64,000 nt of DNA, taken from Octopus sinensis. Lineage: Eukaryota. Under the pieces are notes generated by a model. It was not told the origin of the DNA. It worked only from the letters and a program-made list of their open reading frames with translations, and did not search any database. Shown piece by piece: positions 1-12,314 of this stretch (its first letter is position 1; the number at the start of each line of letters is the position of its first letter). A program made the translations under genes and the position numbers. The stretch spans positions 75,516,001-75,580,000 of the forward strand of contig NC_043002.1 of assembly GCF_006345805.1 (NCBI RefSeq), read 5' to 3'.

Positions 1-734
1 AATTCTTTTTTTATTTTTAAATTTTTTTTTATTATTATTAAAATGTCTCGATAATGAATCTCGTCTAATAGCCACTGTAATTGGTAGTTATTATCATATT
101 TATCTTTGCAACCAATTATTCATGTGTCTATTCACTGATTTCTTTCCTTTTGTTTTATTGTTTTTTTTCATTTTTGTTTTTAAAAAAATTCGTTTTTTTT
201 TTTATGGAATTTATGAAAAATCAAAGATTATCAAAAAGATAAGGAACCATAGTTATTATTACAATTTATTATTATTATCATCATTAGCTGGCTTGAAGGC
301 TTTTAGTGAGGTGTGTGTGTGAATGTATGTGTGTTGGTTGAGTTAAATTGCTTAATGAAGGCTCTTGGATTTTAGTTGTAGTAAATGAGTAATGATGCTA
401 ATAATGATAAGGACAATAATAATGATGATGATGATGCTGACAGCAGCAACAATAGTAGTGATAATGGTGTTGATTGTAAATGATTTCTTAATTAAACTGC
501 ATGATAATGATGATGATGATGGTAATAATGATAAAAATGGGGTAATGATAAATGCATTCTTAATTAAACTTGAATTTTCAGGAAGGTAGACCTGTATACC
601 TTGCCCAAGAACACAGTGCAATTTTTGCAGTAGGACATGAATTAAAGATATCATTAGTTTTAAGAAAATGGAAAAGCACAAGAAACTGATAGTGATAAAT
701 TTCTAACGGGAATACAATAAAAAGATTATTAATT

Positions 735-990
735 AGGTGTAGACAAGGCTTTGTAGTTAGGAAACTCACTTTGCAACCACATAGTTTTGAGTTCAATCTC
801 ACTGTGCAGCACATTGGGTTAGTGTCTTTTACTATATTCCTGGGCCAGCTAAAGCCCTGTGAATGAATTTGGTAGATGAAAACTGGAAGAAGTCTTCTTG
901 GGCGAGTGTCTTCTACTATATCTCTGGGTCAGCTAAAGCCTTGTGAATGAATTTGGTAGATGCAAACTGGAAGAAGTCTATTGTACATGA

Positions 991-1029
<39 letters not shown>

Positions 1030-1260
1030 CTTGTCTTGACATCATATGCTGGTTGTAGATGAGCGTCACCATCATACAAGCGAGGTTGTTCATTTCTAGT
1101 CTTCTGGTTAAAAAAGATTATCTGGCCATGAGTAGATATTATCTTACCTGGAACCAGGTGAGTTGGCGACGGTAAGGGCATCCAGTATCAGAAAATCTAC
1201 TTCAATAAATTCTGTCTGACCCATGCAAGCATGGAAAAGTGTACATTAAAATGATGATGA
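735..1260 (+). mobile_element. tRNA-headed SINE, family A (variant with RTE-type 3' tail), with an internal ~85-bp tandem duplication
   Basis: Degenerate family-A head, internal (TG)n, tail ending CATGCAAGCATGGAAAAG...ATGATGATG; segment AGTGTC...GGAAGAAGTC occurs twice (~821-894 and ~905-978). Confidence 0.7.
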
Positions 1261-1267
1261 TTTAAAG

Positions 1268-1770
1268 CAATGATCCTCAACCATTTTTTACTTATGGACC
1301 CTTGAAATTAGCATTTTACTCTTGTAGACCTGTATAGCCATTTGATGTTTAAAAACTAGTTTTATAGATACCATCTTCATCATTTAACGTCCATTGTCCA
1401 TGCTGGCATGGGTTGGACAGTTTGACCAGGGCTGGCAATCTGGACGCCCTTCCTAACGCTAACCACTCCAAGAGTGTTATGGGTGCTTTATGTGCCACAA
1501 GCGTGGGTGCCATTTATCACGACTACTTCTTTCAAAATTCCTATTTTGTTTTTCATACATTCTCTTCTGTAGGTTTTCCATAGCACTCTCTAAGAGAACA
1601 TGTTTCAGTGGCTGGAAACTCATTGATCTATGTAAAACATTAAAGAAAGAAACCTAGTTGATCCCTTAAAATACTGCTGTGGATCTGTTATTTATTATTT
1701 TATCTCTGTGGATGCCCCAAATTTTTTATGGAACCCCAAAGGGTTATGTGGACGCTGGTTCAGATCACTG
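1268..1770. mobile_element. hAT-like MITE with a nested RTE-tail insertion
   Basis: 8-bp TSD ATTTAAAG at 1260-1267 and 1771-1778; imperfect TIRs CAATGATCCTCAACCA / (rc) CAGTGATCTGAACCA; related partial copy at ~29790-30090. Confidence 0.75.
1373..1525 (-). mobile_element. RTE LINE 3'-tail fragment (family C) nested in the MITE
   Basis: CATC..TTTAACGTCC..CCATGCTGGCATGGGTTGGAC..CCCTTCCTAACGC is the reverse complement of the tail at 31600-31830. Confidence 0.75.
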
Positions 1771-2099
1771 ATTTAAAGCAGGTCACTAGGCAGAAAGTAT
1801 ATGATTGTTGTTGAAGGCCGAAATCAGATGTTTGTCATTGAGGAACAAAACTATGATACCGTGTGTTAATTTGAATGTTCAGTTTATAAAAGTTGGTGTG
1901 GATTTAGTGTATGGGAAAAGAAGCCATAACTTTACTTGCAATAGGGGGTTTCTAGATTGATCACTTATGTAATTGTTCAATCTGAACATTTTGCTTGTGT
2001 TGCTGTTGAGCCTGAGGTCAGCCGTCACCCAGCAGATCTATGATCATCATGCTCTTCTTTCTCAGACATAATTTTTCTAGGACTACATTCTTTTCTACT

Positions 2100-2280
2100 C
2101 TGGGCACAAGGCCCGATTAGATCGGCCCCAGTACGCAACTGGTACTTAATTTATGAACCCCGAAAGGATGAAAGGCAAAGTCAACCTCGGTGGAATTTGA
2201 ACTCAGAACGTAGCGGCAGACGAAATGCCGATAAGCATTTCGCCCTGGCATGCTAACATTTCTGCCAGCTCGCTGCCTTT
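2100..2280 (-). mobile_element. SINE family B
   Basis: Reverse complement of GGCAGCGAGCTGGCAGAA..GTTCTGAGTTCAAATTCC..GAGGTTGACTTTGCCTTTCATCCTTTCGGGG, shared with about 10 other copies. Confidence 0.85.
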
Positions 2281-2413
2281 CTAGGACTACATTATCAAAC
2301 ACACCTGTTGACCCCTTCTCTCCCTAGCGCTATTCATCTGTGTTTTACTGTTATAACCCCTCTTTCTGCTCCTCATTGAAAGCTTTGCTACTTTGAGTCT
2401 TTGTCTCTCAATC

Positions 2414-2452
<39 letters not shown>

Positions 2453-2581
2453 ACACACAGTCTCCCTCTGTCACTATTATTCCTTTTATTTCTCCCTTGC
2501 CTTTTCTTCCTCTCCCTTATTAACATTGACCTACTGCTGATAATATTGCCACATGTATAGAGATTGTAGGATATGATTTAA

Positions 2582-2801
2582 CCCTTTAAGCATTTAATCC
2601 AGCCATGTCTGGCTCAAATATTCTACTTGTTTTATGTTAAAACTAACCAGATCCAACCTCTCACACCAACCCTACAGTGTTGTTCTAAAAATATACAAAC
2701 ATACCATTGGAATCTTAAGCTATGAGTTAATGTGTGATTCATTCAAAACAATGTGAATAAATAAGCCAAACATTTGACAAAGAAATCTGAATGCTAACAG
2801 G
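2582..2801. mobile_element. piggyBac-like MITE
   Basis: TTAA at 2578-2581 and 2802-2805; ends CCCTTTAAGCATT / (rc) CCTGTTAGCATT; related partial copies near 8390-8535 and 31875-31990. Confidence 0.6.
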
Positions 2802-2934
2802 TTAAGGGAGATTAGACTGCTTTTTCTAGTGATCCCCTAACTGGCCCCTTCAATGACTTGTACTTATCTTTCATACATCTGTGTGTTGTACTAATGTCCT
2901 GTTGGGAGACAGTAACACTATGCCACACACTGTG

Positions 2935-3092
2935 TCGTCGTCATCATCATCGTCATCATCATCATCGTTTAATATCAATTTTCCATGCTGTCATGGGTTG
3001 GATGGTTTGACTGAGGTCTGGAAAGCCAGCAGCTGCACCAGGCTCCAATCTGGTTGCCCTTCCTAATGCCAACCACTCTGAGAGTGTAGCGA
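2935..3092 (-). mobile_element. RTE LINE 3'-tail fragment (family C)
   Basis: (CAT)n followed by CGTTTAATATC..TTCCATGCTG.CATGGGTTGGA..CCTTCCTAATGCCAACCACTCTGAGAGTG. Confidence 0.75.
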
Positions 3093-3823
3093 TTAAAAAT
3101 CAAATCATCCCTGTGTATTTAATGGAAAACCTGTTTGAAGCATTTAGGCATGTGACTTATTTTCAAGCCTTCAAATGTTTATCACAAATCCTTCTTGAAT
3201 TTTATGCATTTTTAGCACGAGGCCTTGTACTTGTATACTTTTATCATTGCTTGGCATCTTGCTTGTTGACCGTAATGTTATTGAAAAATTTGATTTCCAC
3301 CATGGCTAAAACAACTTGCACTTATTGTTTGTGATTGATGGCTGAGTAGTGAGAAGTAGTCTCCCCACCTACAAGGTGCCATTCGAAATACCCAAGCTAA
3401 CCTTTCTCTAGCATCTTCAGAGTCGTTCAAGAGCTCAATTCTATCCAAGTTCCTTTATTTCAGCCTGACCAATATTTTTCTTATGGTGTAGAAAGCTGAA
3501 TTTGTAATCAAGCCTGATAGAATTCTGTGAAGCAGGTATGCTGTACAAGTAGTACACATTCATGTATACGGATATTCTGTGCGTCTATATACACCTATAC
3601 ATCCTTGCAAAATTGCACACTTGTGCACGTACACATATATTTCATCACAAATTGTGCTCAATTTACTATTTTCTACTGCAAACACAGGCGGGTGTGTGTA
3701 CATATGCACATTCATTCATACACATATATAAATGCATGCATACACACACACAAATATATATACATATATACACACACAAACAAATATATATACATATATA
3801 CACACACTCATATATATATATAG

Positions 3824-3864
<41 letters not shown>

Positions 3865-4609
3865 TACATATAGACACTTACATACATATAAATTTACACC
3901 CATATACTTATTTGTATATATATATATATGTTTATACTTACACGTACACACACACACACATACAAATGCAGTGTGTCTACATATGTGTATGTGTTCCTTG
4001 CTTACAGGAATTTACACACATCTACACATTCCTATAGGTTTGCGGTATGGGAATTTGTGCGTGTTGTGCATGCATGTGCACACGTGTGTATGCCTATATG
4101 TATGTGTGTGTGTGTATATATATATATATGTATGTATATTTAAAAATGTATACTAACATACACATGCCTACTCACATACTAGAGTGTGTGTGCACAATAT
4201 ATTGGACTAGTAACTAATTCAATTGAAGATTTTTCTCTTTTATTTCATTATGTCTTATATTCCAAAATATTAACGTATTGGTCTCCTCTCAGCTTGGCCA
4301 CGCAGCTGCTGCTGCTGTTGTTGCTACCCCCCTCCCCAACCCTCCCACCACCACCACCACCACCACTACAACCAGCACCATTGTTGTACGGTGGTGCATG
4401 AAAGCAGAGCGATCTTCTATTGGAAGTGCACTAAATTAAAGTGACTGTAACATTTCTGCGATAGTGCATGCAGCTGAACTGATTGAATTTACCAACGAGA
4501 GAATCAAATAAACGAGAGCTAGTTCTAATTAAATTTATATTTCATAACTCTTCTCTACCCCTCAACCCCTCCCATCTCCCTTTCTTATTCCATTCTCACT
4601 TTTTTTAAT

Positions 4610-4721
4610 GTATGTATGTATGTATGTATGTATGTATCTGTCTATCTATATAGATATCTATGTATTTACCTACCTATCTATATAACTACCTTTCTATCTA
4701 TCTGTGTATCTATCTGTCTGC

Positions 4722-4761
<40 letters not shown>

Positions 4762-4995
4762 TTATTTATTTATTTATGTATGTATGTATGTATGTATCTA
4801 TCTATATATCTGTCTGTCTGTCTGTCTATCTAACTATCTATCTACATCTATGCCTACCTACCTTCCTACCTACCTACCTACCTTTCTGTCTGTCGGTCTG
4901 TCTGTTTATCTGTCTCTGTCTGTCAGTCTGTCTATCTATCTACCTACCTACCTATCTATCTATCTATCTACCTATCTATCTGCCTGCCTGCCTGC

Positions 4996-5030
<35 letters not shown>
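4610..5030. repeat. Compound tetranucleotide microsatellite (TATG/TCTA/TCTG/CCTA)
   Basis: Directly visible; explains ORFs 4616..5065 and 4704..5081. Confidence 0.95.
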
Positions 5031-5033
<3 letters not shown>

Positions 5034-7035
5034 ACACAGTTTTTCTTTCCTTTTCTTATCATTGAGATGGAATTTAAATGAATAAGAATTATTGTTTGTT
5101 CTTGTTGCTATTTTTGTCTCAAAAACCTTTTTTTATAATTCTTGCAGTTTTCTTTCATTTTTATTGTTATTGATTTGTTGTTATTAATATTCCATTTTAT
5201 TCAAGTCATTTTGTTTTTATTCCTCAACTAGATTATTATTGTTTTTGTTGTTGTTGTTGCTGTTGTTGTTACTGCTGCTGCTGTTGCCTCTCTTATTCTA
5301 CAGCATCCAGGTCTTCCTTATCTCCACTTCTTGTTACTGTTGTGAAATCTTTCTTCCTGTTGTTGTTGTTGTTAGGCTATTGTGTTCTCATTGATGTTTC
5401 GATTATTGTTGTCACTAGCAAGCAGTGTTTCAAATTTTCTTCTTCTTATTTACTTAATATTATTATTTTTTAATGTCATGAAGGAGAAAATAGTAAGGAT
5501 TAACATTCCTTACTATTTTTGCATTTTACCATCATTGGAAATTATTTAAAAAAAAGAGATTGTTGTTGCTGTTATTGTCACCACTTCTTTGAACACAAAA
5601 TCAAAGTAAATAATAGTTATAATTTGGGCTCAATCTAAGGCAACTGGAAATCCAATGCAAGATTGATGTCTTGCAAAAAGCAGCCTTATTAGGCACAGCA
5701 CACATCTTAAGGAAAGTTTTATCTGTCTGAGATCCTTGTTGTGACTTGACAGATGACTAAAGACTCCTGTGCATTTTTGTCTACACTGTGTTACGAAGGA
5801 ATACTAATAATAATGATAATAATAATCCTTTCTGTTGGAGGCACAAGGCCTCAAATTTGGGGGTAGGCGACTAGTCAGTTTTATCGTAATTTCTATCAAA
5901 TTCACTCACAAGGGTTTGGTCAAACTGCAAATAGTGTAGTAGAAAATACTTGCCCAAGCTGCCATGAAGTGAGACTGAACCTGTAACCATGTGCTTTGGG
6001 AAGCAAACTTTTTGAGCACATAGTGATACCTATGCTTACTCACACTCACTCACTCTACACACACACACACACACATTGACACAATGATGTACAGCTATTA
6101 CTTGTAAGCTTTGCACTACGATGGAGCTTATCCAGGTTTAATGCATAATGTTGAGTATTTGAGGCTTCACATCTCGTATCTCTCCGAGGTAGGATATCAG
6201 TGCAGTGCAAGCTTGTCTCTGAAGGAACTTCATGGCAGTTTGGGTGGTTGGGTAGGATTTAAAACTTTGGTATTGTTGACAAATTATTACCAATCAGTAA
6301 TATATAGATTGAAGAAGTGAGTGAGGTGTTTTCTGTTTGTTTGTGTGTGGGTGTGTTGTGTGTGTGTGTGTGTGTGTGAATCACTTATCTATTTCTCTTC
6401 CAACATACCAAACGATTTAGTTTAGTTTCCAAGAGAGAAATTATGTTTGTAACAGAACACATTTTCCTCTTTTTCTATCTTTTTCTTTCCTTCTCTTAAT
6501 TTTTTTTTTTTTTGCTTATTTTGCTTTTGATGGGGAAATGAAAAAAAAATATATATAAATAGATACATAAATAATGAATTTATTTAAGATGTATTTTGCT
6601 AAAATCCGTACCACCACCAGCTTATCTTTCTTGTAATACATGTGTTTACATGAAAGCATAAAGAGATATGTTGGGTGGGGTGTCTGCTGGGATGATGGCA
6701 GGAAACAATAAGCTAAGCTAATAGTTTCTGCTAAGTAGGAATCTGAAAATACCAAAGGTTTAATAATAATAATCTCTGAAATCTCAAGACAGCTCTTAAG
6801 ATGAGTAATTCTAGTCTCCTATCTTTTTGCCTGTATTTGTATGTATGTAGTGGTGTTTGTGTGCATATACTTTCTCTATACCTTACAATCCTTACACACT
6901 CATATATACACGTGTGTAAATAAATGTATATAACTGTGTGTGTGTGTGCACGTGCGTATATATGTATATGTGCATATATTTGTACATATGTATGTATACC
7001 TGTGTATATGAGAGCGCGTGTGTGTATGCTATGTG

Positions 7036-7068
<33 letters not shown>

Positions 7069-7122
7069 TCATAGTCATACATATGCTTGTAAGACAGAGA
7101 AACATTATCTCTCTGTCTCTTC

Positions 7123-7212
<90 letters not shown>

Positions 7213-7374
7213 ACAACAAGATACTTCTGCCTCAGTATGTAATCAACTTGTTAAGCAGAATATTAATCTTCTAGAGCTTAAGTGAAATACAATTACAGCT
7301 GTTGCTATCAGCACTTCATTTTATAGATTGTTCTGGAAGTGGAATTGTAGTCTTGGCATAATGTGGACAGCTTT

Positions 7375-7905
7375 AGCTGAGACACAAGGTAATGGTGGAC
7401 CTTGTGGCTGAAACATTAGGTAATTGGTAGTGGACCTTGTAACTGAGACATTTCATAGTCGTGAACCATGTGGTTGAAATATGAGGTGATTGGTGGTAGA
7501 CCATGTGACTGAGATATGTGGCTGAGACATGTTAATGAGTGGTGGACCATTTGATTGAAACATGAAGTAACTTAAGGTGGACGATGTGACTAAGACATGA
7601 AGGAATAATGGTGGATCATATAACTGAGATATGGAAGAATTTATGGTGGACCACGTGATAAAGACATGAAGTAGTGGTGGCCCATGTGACTGAGTCATGG
7701 AGTAATTGATGGTGGATCATGTGACTAATTGATGGTAGATCATGTGACTAATTGATGGTAGATCATGTGACCTAATTAATGGTTGATCCTGTAGCTAATT
7801 AATGGTTGATCCTGTGACTAATTAATGGTTGATCATGTGACTGAGACATGGGGTAATGATGTACAGTGTGACCGAGGTAATTAGTAATAGACCATGTCGC
7901 TAAAA
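7375..7905. repeat. Degenerate minisatellite, core GGTGGACCATGTGACTGAGACATG, changing to a ~23-bp unit
   Basis: About a dozen ~36-40-bp units, then near-identical ATTGATGGTAGATCATGTGACTA units at ~7720-7845. Confidence 0.85.
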
Positions 7906-8546
7906 CATGTATATGTAGACGAGATTGGGCTAAGTTTAATGTAAATAGCTGAGACAACAAAATAGGTTAAACCGCTGGTGTTATTTAAAGTTCTGAATTA
8001 TACACCTGTATATACCTCTATACCTAAACCATTGTGACTATATAACAGCCTCATTAATGTCATAAGGTCCGTTCCTCTCATATACCACTTGTATGGGTTG
8101 AATGGGTGTACAGCACAATATGTTTCTATTTTCTCTTTTGTGTCATCTCATCTACGAGAACCAACATCACCTATAGAAATTTTTTTAGCTTCAGCTGTAG
8201 TTATTCCTTTGGTTACCTCTACCACAAGTACTTCTGTGTCAACACAATGTACTCTTCCAACAAGTTGTGTGACATCTATTTGCAGCACACAGCCATACCC
8301 AACTTGCCTACCTCTCTTGAAAACTCATCAACTGACACCTTAAACGCCCAGTTGCTTACTGGACTTATTTTTGTCATCTTTCTATTAATTCATTAGCATT
8401 TAAACTGGCCGTAACCAGCCGAATTCTTTTTTACCTGTTTTATACTCAAACCAGCCAGGTTTGGCCTCTCACACCTATCCTACAATGTCATTCAAAAATA
8501 AACAGTCACATCATCGAAATCTCGAGGCTACGAGATACTCTCTGTT

Positions 8547-8878
8547 ACTCTTTTACTTGTTTCAGTCATTTGACTGCGGCAATGCTGGAGCACCACCTTT
8601 AGTCGAGCAAATCGACCCCAGGACTTATTCTTATAAAGCTTAGTACTTATTCTGTCGGTTTCTTTTACAGGGACATAAACACCAGCATCGGTTGTCAAGC
8701 GATGTTGGGGTGACAAACACAGACACACACACGACGGGCTTCTTTCAGTTTCCGTCTACCAAATCCACTCACAAGGCTTTGGTCGGCCCGTGGCTTGCCC
8801 AAGGTGCCACGTAGCGGGACTGAACCCGGAACCATGTGGTTGGTAAGCAAGCTACTTACCACACAGCCACTCCTACAC
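8547..8878 (-). mobile_element. SINE family A, CpG-intact copy
   Basis: CTCTTTTACTTGTTTCAGTCATTTGACTGCGGC..AGTCGAGCAAATCGACCCCAGG..CCACACAGCCACTCC; A/B-box-like head on the minus strand. Confidence 0.9.
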
Positions 8879-9019
8879 CTATGATTAATTCAAAACAATA
8901 CGAGTAAATAAGTATTATATTGGATAGAGTAATCTAAATGCACTGTTTTTCTGTGTCCAGATGTTGGCGCAGAATTGCTTTCCAATCTGATTTATCATAG
9001 TTATATTATATCTATAAAC

Positions 9020-9405
9020 AAGGCAGTGAGCTGACAGAATCGTTAGCACGTTGCACAAACTGCTTAGTGGTATTTCGTCTACCGCTACGTTCTGAGTTCA
9101 AATTCCGCCGAGGTCGACTTTGCCTTTCATCCTTTCGGGGTCGATTAAATAAGTACCAGTTACGCACCGGGGTCGATATAATCGACTTAATCCGTTTGCT
9201 TGTCCTTGTTTGTTCTCTCTGTGTTTAGCCCCTTGTGGGTAGTTAAGAAGCAGGTATTTCGTCCATCTTTGCGTGGAGTCAAGTTTCCGTTGACGTTCAT
9301 CCTTCCAGCGTCGATAAAATAAGTTCCACTCTATTACTGGGGTCAATGTAATTAACTTTACCCCTACTCCCGAATTTCAAGCCTTGTGTTTATTGTAGAA
9401 AGGAT
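9020..9405 (+). mobile_element. SINE family B with partial tandem second copy
   Basis: GGCAGTGAGCTGACAGAATCGTTAGCACG..GTTCAAATTCCGCCGAGGTCGAC. Confidence 0.85.
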
Positions 9406-9899
9406 TATATCTATAAAATGTCCCCTAACTGCTTGAAGGCTCAGAGTATTCAGGTTATGATCATATGGCCGTAGGTTCAATTCCTGGACTAAACAGCGCA
9501 TTGTATCCCTGAACAAGGCACTTCATTTCAAGTTGTTCTAATCTACTCAGCCTAATCTTTCTCCAGTTTCCACATCCCTGATGTTCCACTAGGCCAAAGG
9601 TGAGGGTGCCAAAAGGGTATCTATATTTGTTCTCAACAACACAGACACCTAAAACAATTAGCTAAAACATGGTACAAGCTATCAAACCATACTCGCACTT
9701 GGGTGACTGTTGGCTGAACAGTACGTACCTTAGCAAGAAATCGAGTATGTGGCCACTCAACTTGTTAGAAATACCAGCCAAATTTCCCTTAAATTACACC
9801 CGACTGCCGTAAAGATGATATGTAACACTACACTGGATAACGTAGTAATAGACAACCTACTTGACCGGGGGCTAAACAACAAGAGCATTAACTAAATAT

Positions 9900-10232
9900 A
9901 TCTTTAATCTTTGGCTTGCTTCAGTTATTGGTCTGCGACCATACTGGAGCATCGCCTTGATTGGTTTAGTTGTACAATTGGATCCTAGTATTTATGTTTT
10001 TTAGATCCGGTACTTTCTCTAACGGTCTTTTTTTGCCGAACCGCTAAGTTGCGATGATGTAAACAAACCGACACTGGTTGTCAAGCTTTGGTGGGGTACA
10101 GTGAACAACACAAAGATTCACACACACACTCACACACATACAATAGGCTTCTATACAGTATCCGTTTAACAAATTCATTGATAAGGCATTGTTTGGCCCG
10201 GGGCTGTAGTAGAAGACACTTACCCAAGGTAC

Positions 10233-10235
<3 letters not shown>
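9900..10235 (-). mobile_element. SINE family A
   Basis: Shared body GCCGAACCGCTAAGTT..GGTTGTCAAG..GTAGAAGACACTTACCCAAGGTACCAC. Confidence 0.8.
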
Positions 10236-10276
<41 letters not shown>

Positions 10277-10280
<4 letters not shown>

Positions 10281-10460
10281 TAATCCAAACAAGAAAGCAC
10301 AAAAAAACACAACAACGCGAGGACGTGGAACAAATATAGTATTATTGGACGCTAAGGAAAGAAGGAGGGTTTAACGTTTCGAACGGAGCTCTTCGTCGGA
10401 AACATAGGAGAAGGGAAGACAGTAAAAAAAATCGCCAACGGTACACACGAGGTCACATAA
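10277..10460 (-). mobile_element. Penelope-like element terminal fragment next to a (TA)n tract
   Basis: Carries a minimal hammerhead motif of the type associated with PLE termini; abuts (TA)n at ~10237-10276. Confidence 0.55.
10369..10403 (-). ncRNA. Minimal type I hammerhead ribozyme motif (U4C core variant)
   Basis: Minus strand reads GUUU-CCGACGA-A-GAGC-UCC-GUUC-GAAA-CG-UU-AAAC: 4-bp stem I, core, stem II, palindromic ACGU stem III, GUU cleavage triplet. Confidence 0.65.
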
Positions 10461-10543
10461 TTGTTATGTATTTCATGCATCATACTTCAGAAAATTGTCA
10501 TAGCCTTAACAACATACATACATTCATACACAAACACAGAGGC

Positions 10544-10574
<31 letters not shown>

Positions 10575-10578
10575 GATG

Positions 10579-10623
<45 letters not shown>

Positions 10624-11089
10624 GATATGTCACGGCAATCAGGAGAGAAATATAAGCTTCTGCAGGCTAAAATGAAAATATTGAAATGTTTTAATTTTCA
10701 CTTTTTTTTTTTTCGAGAATGTCTTTTTTTTATGTAACCATTTTTATTTAAGGACACAAAAAAAAAAAAAACAAAAAAAAAAACAGAAAAGCAAAAACTA
10801 AGAACTACTTGATTTTTTTTTTTTTTTTGTACCTTTCGAAATCTAATGAATGTGACTAGAATTTAAGAGTTGAATTTAATATCCACTTGTTACCATGGTT
10901 ATCTGAAGTACCCCATTAAGGTGTCTTAGTAAGTACGTAGGATAATATAATTGTGCGTATGAGTGGGTGTGTCTCTTTATACATGTTGTGTGCGTATGTA
11001 TATGTATGCTTGTCTATATATATATATATATATATGTATGTATATGTGTTTGTCTATATATACATATATCACACACACACACAATACAT

Positions 11090-11149
<60 letters not shown>

Positions 11150-11151
<2 letters not shown>

Positions 11152-11335
11152 TACCCACAAGGGGCTAAACACAAGAGGACAAACAAGGACAGACAAAGGG
11201 ATTAAGTGCGATTACATCGACCCCAGTGCGTAACTGGTACTTAATTTATCGATGAAAGGCAAAGTCGACCTCGGCGGAATTTGAACTCGGAACGTAACGA
11301 CAGACGAAATACGGCGTGCTAACGTTTCTGCCAGG
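11150..11335 (-). mobile_element. SINE family B
   Basis: AAAGGCAAAGTCGACCTCGGCGGAATTTGAACTCGGAACGTAACG. Confidence 0.85.
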
Positions 11336-11369
11336 AACACACACACACACACACACAACACACACACAC

Positions 11370-11414
<45 letters not shown>

Positions 11415-11942
11415 ATATATATTACACCCTCCTGAGCATATACACACGCGTAATGTATATAACACCCACATAGCGCGGCCAGTAAGTGGAGACGGTCATG
11501 TTTTTGCAATTTCAAAAACAATATGCCGTATAGACAAATTAATCACAACTGGCATGTTTAGATTATAACATGCGTGCTGTTTAGTCACGGAGAGAGAGAG
11601 AGAGAGGGGGGAAACGGGGTGGAGGTACAGACACGAGTCGGTGTGGTTTTTTTTAAAGGAGCTGGATTACAGCTCATACTGTCATACAAACTCCAAACTT
11701 TGTTTCTGTTTTTTGTTTCCTTTTTTTTTATCTCGTTCGTTCTGTATTGCGTAACATAACGTGGCTCTGATTAACTGAAAATAAAAGTACTTAGATTACA
11801 GCCGTTTACAGTTGAGTAGTTCAGAGTTGTGTGTTTTTATTAAGAAGCGGCGGGGTGAAGTGGAAGTGGGCAATAAATACATTGAAAAATGTAAAGGTCA
11901 TATTCCGACCCCCCCCCCCCACACACACACACAGCAACAGCA

Positions 11943-12314
11943 GTGGAGGCGCAATGGCCCAGTGGTTAGGGCAGATTTGTCGGAGGATCGCGCGGTTTCG
12001 ATTCCCAGACCGGGCGTTGTGTGTGTTTATCAAGTGAAAACACCTAAAGCTCCACGAGGCTCCGGCAGCGGGTGGTGGCAACCCCTGTCGTACTCTTTCG
12101 CTACAACTTTCTCTCACTCTTTTCTTCCTGTTTCTTGTCCCCGACTTCCTACGCAATCGCTGAGCCTGGATGCGCATTCATCCATCCGTCGATGCTCTCG
12201 GTGTCGGGGGTTGGCCTGCTTTCTCCTCTGCGGGTCTTACGAATAGCAAAGGACTACGTTTCGGACTTCTCCCACTGGGACGAAGACCGCTTCGCGCAAC
12301 AAACAAACAAACAA
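11943..12314 (+). mobile_element. Young full-length tRNA-derived SINE (family D) with TSD
   Basis: A box TGGCCCAGTGG, B box GGTTTCGATTCC, (CAAA)n tail, 12-bp TSD ACAGCAACAGCA at 11931-11942 and 12315-12326. Confidence 0.85.

Noticed and set aside
7375-7905. CRISPR-like repeat/spacer appearance
   Set aside because: Repeats are degenerate, the inter-core segments are short and related to one another, no cas genes are present, and the context is eukaryotic.
11943-12015. tRNA gene (also other A/B-box heads)
   Set aside because: No complete cloverleaf; it continues into a SINE body and tail with a TSD.
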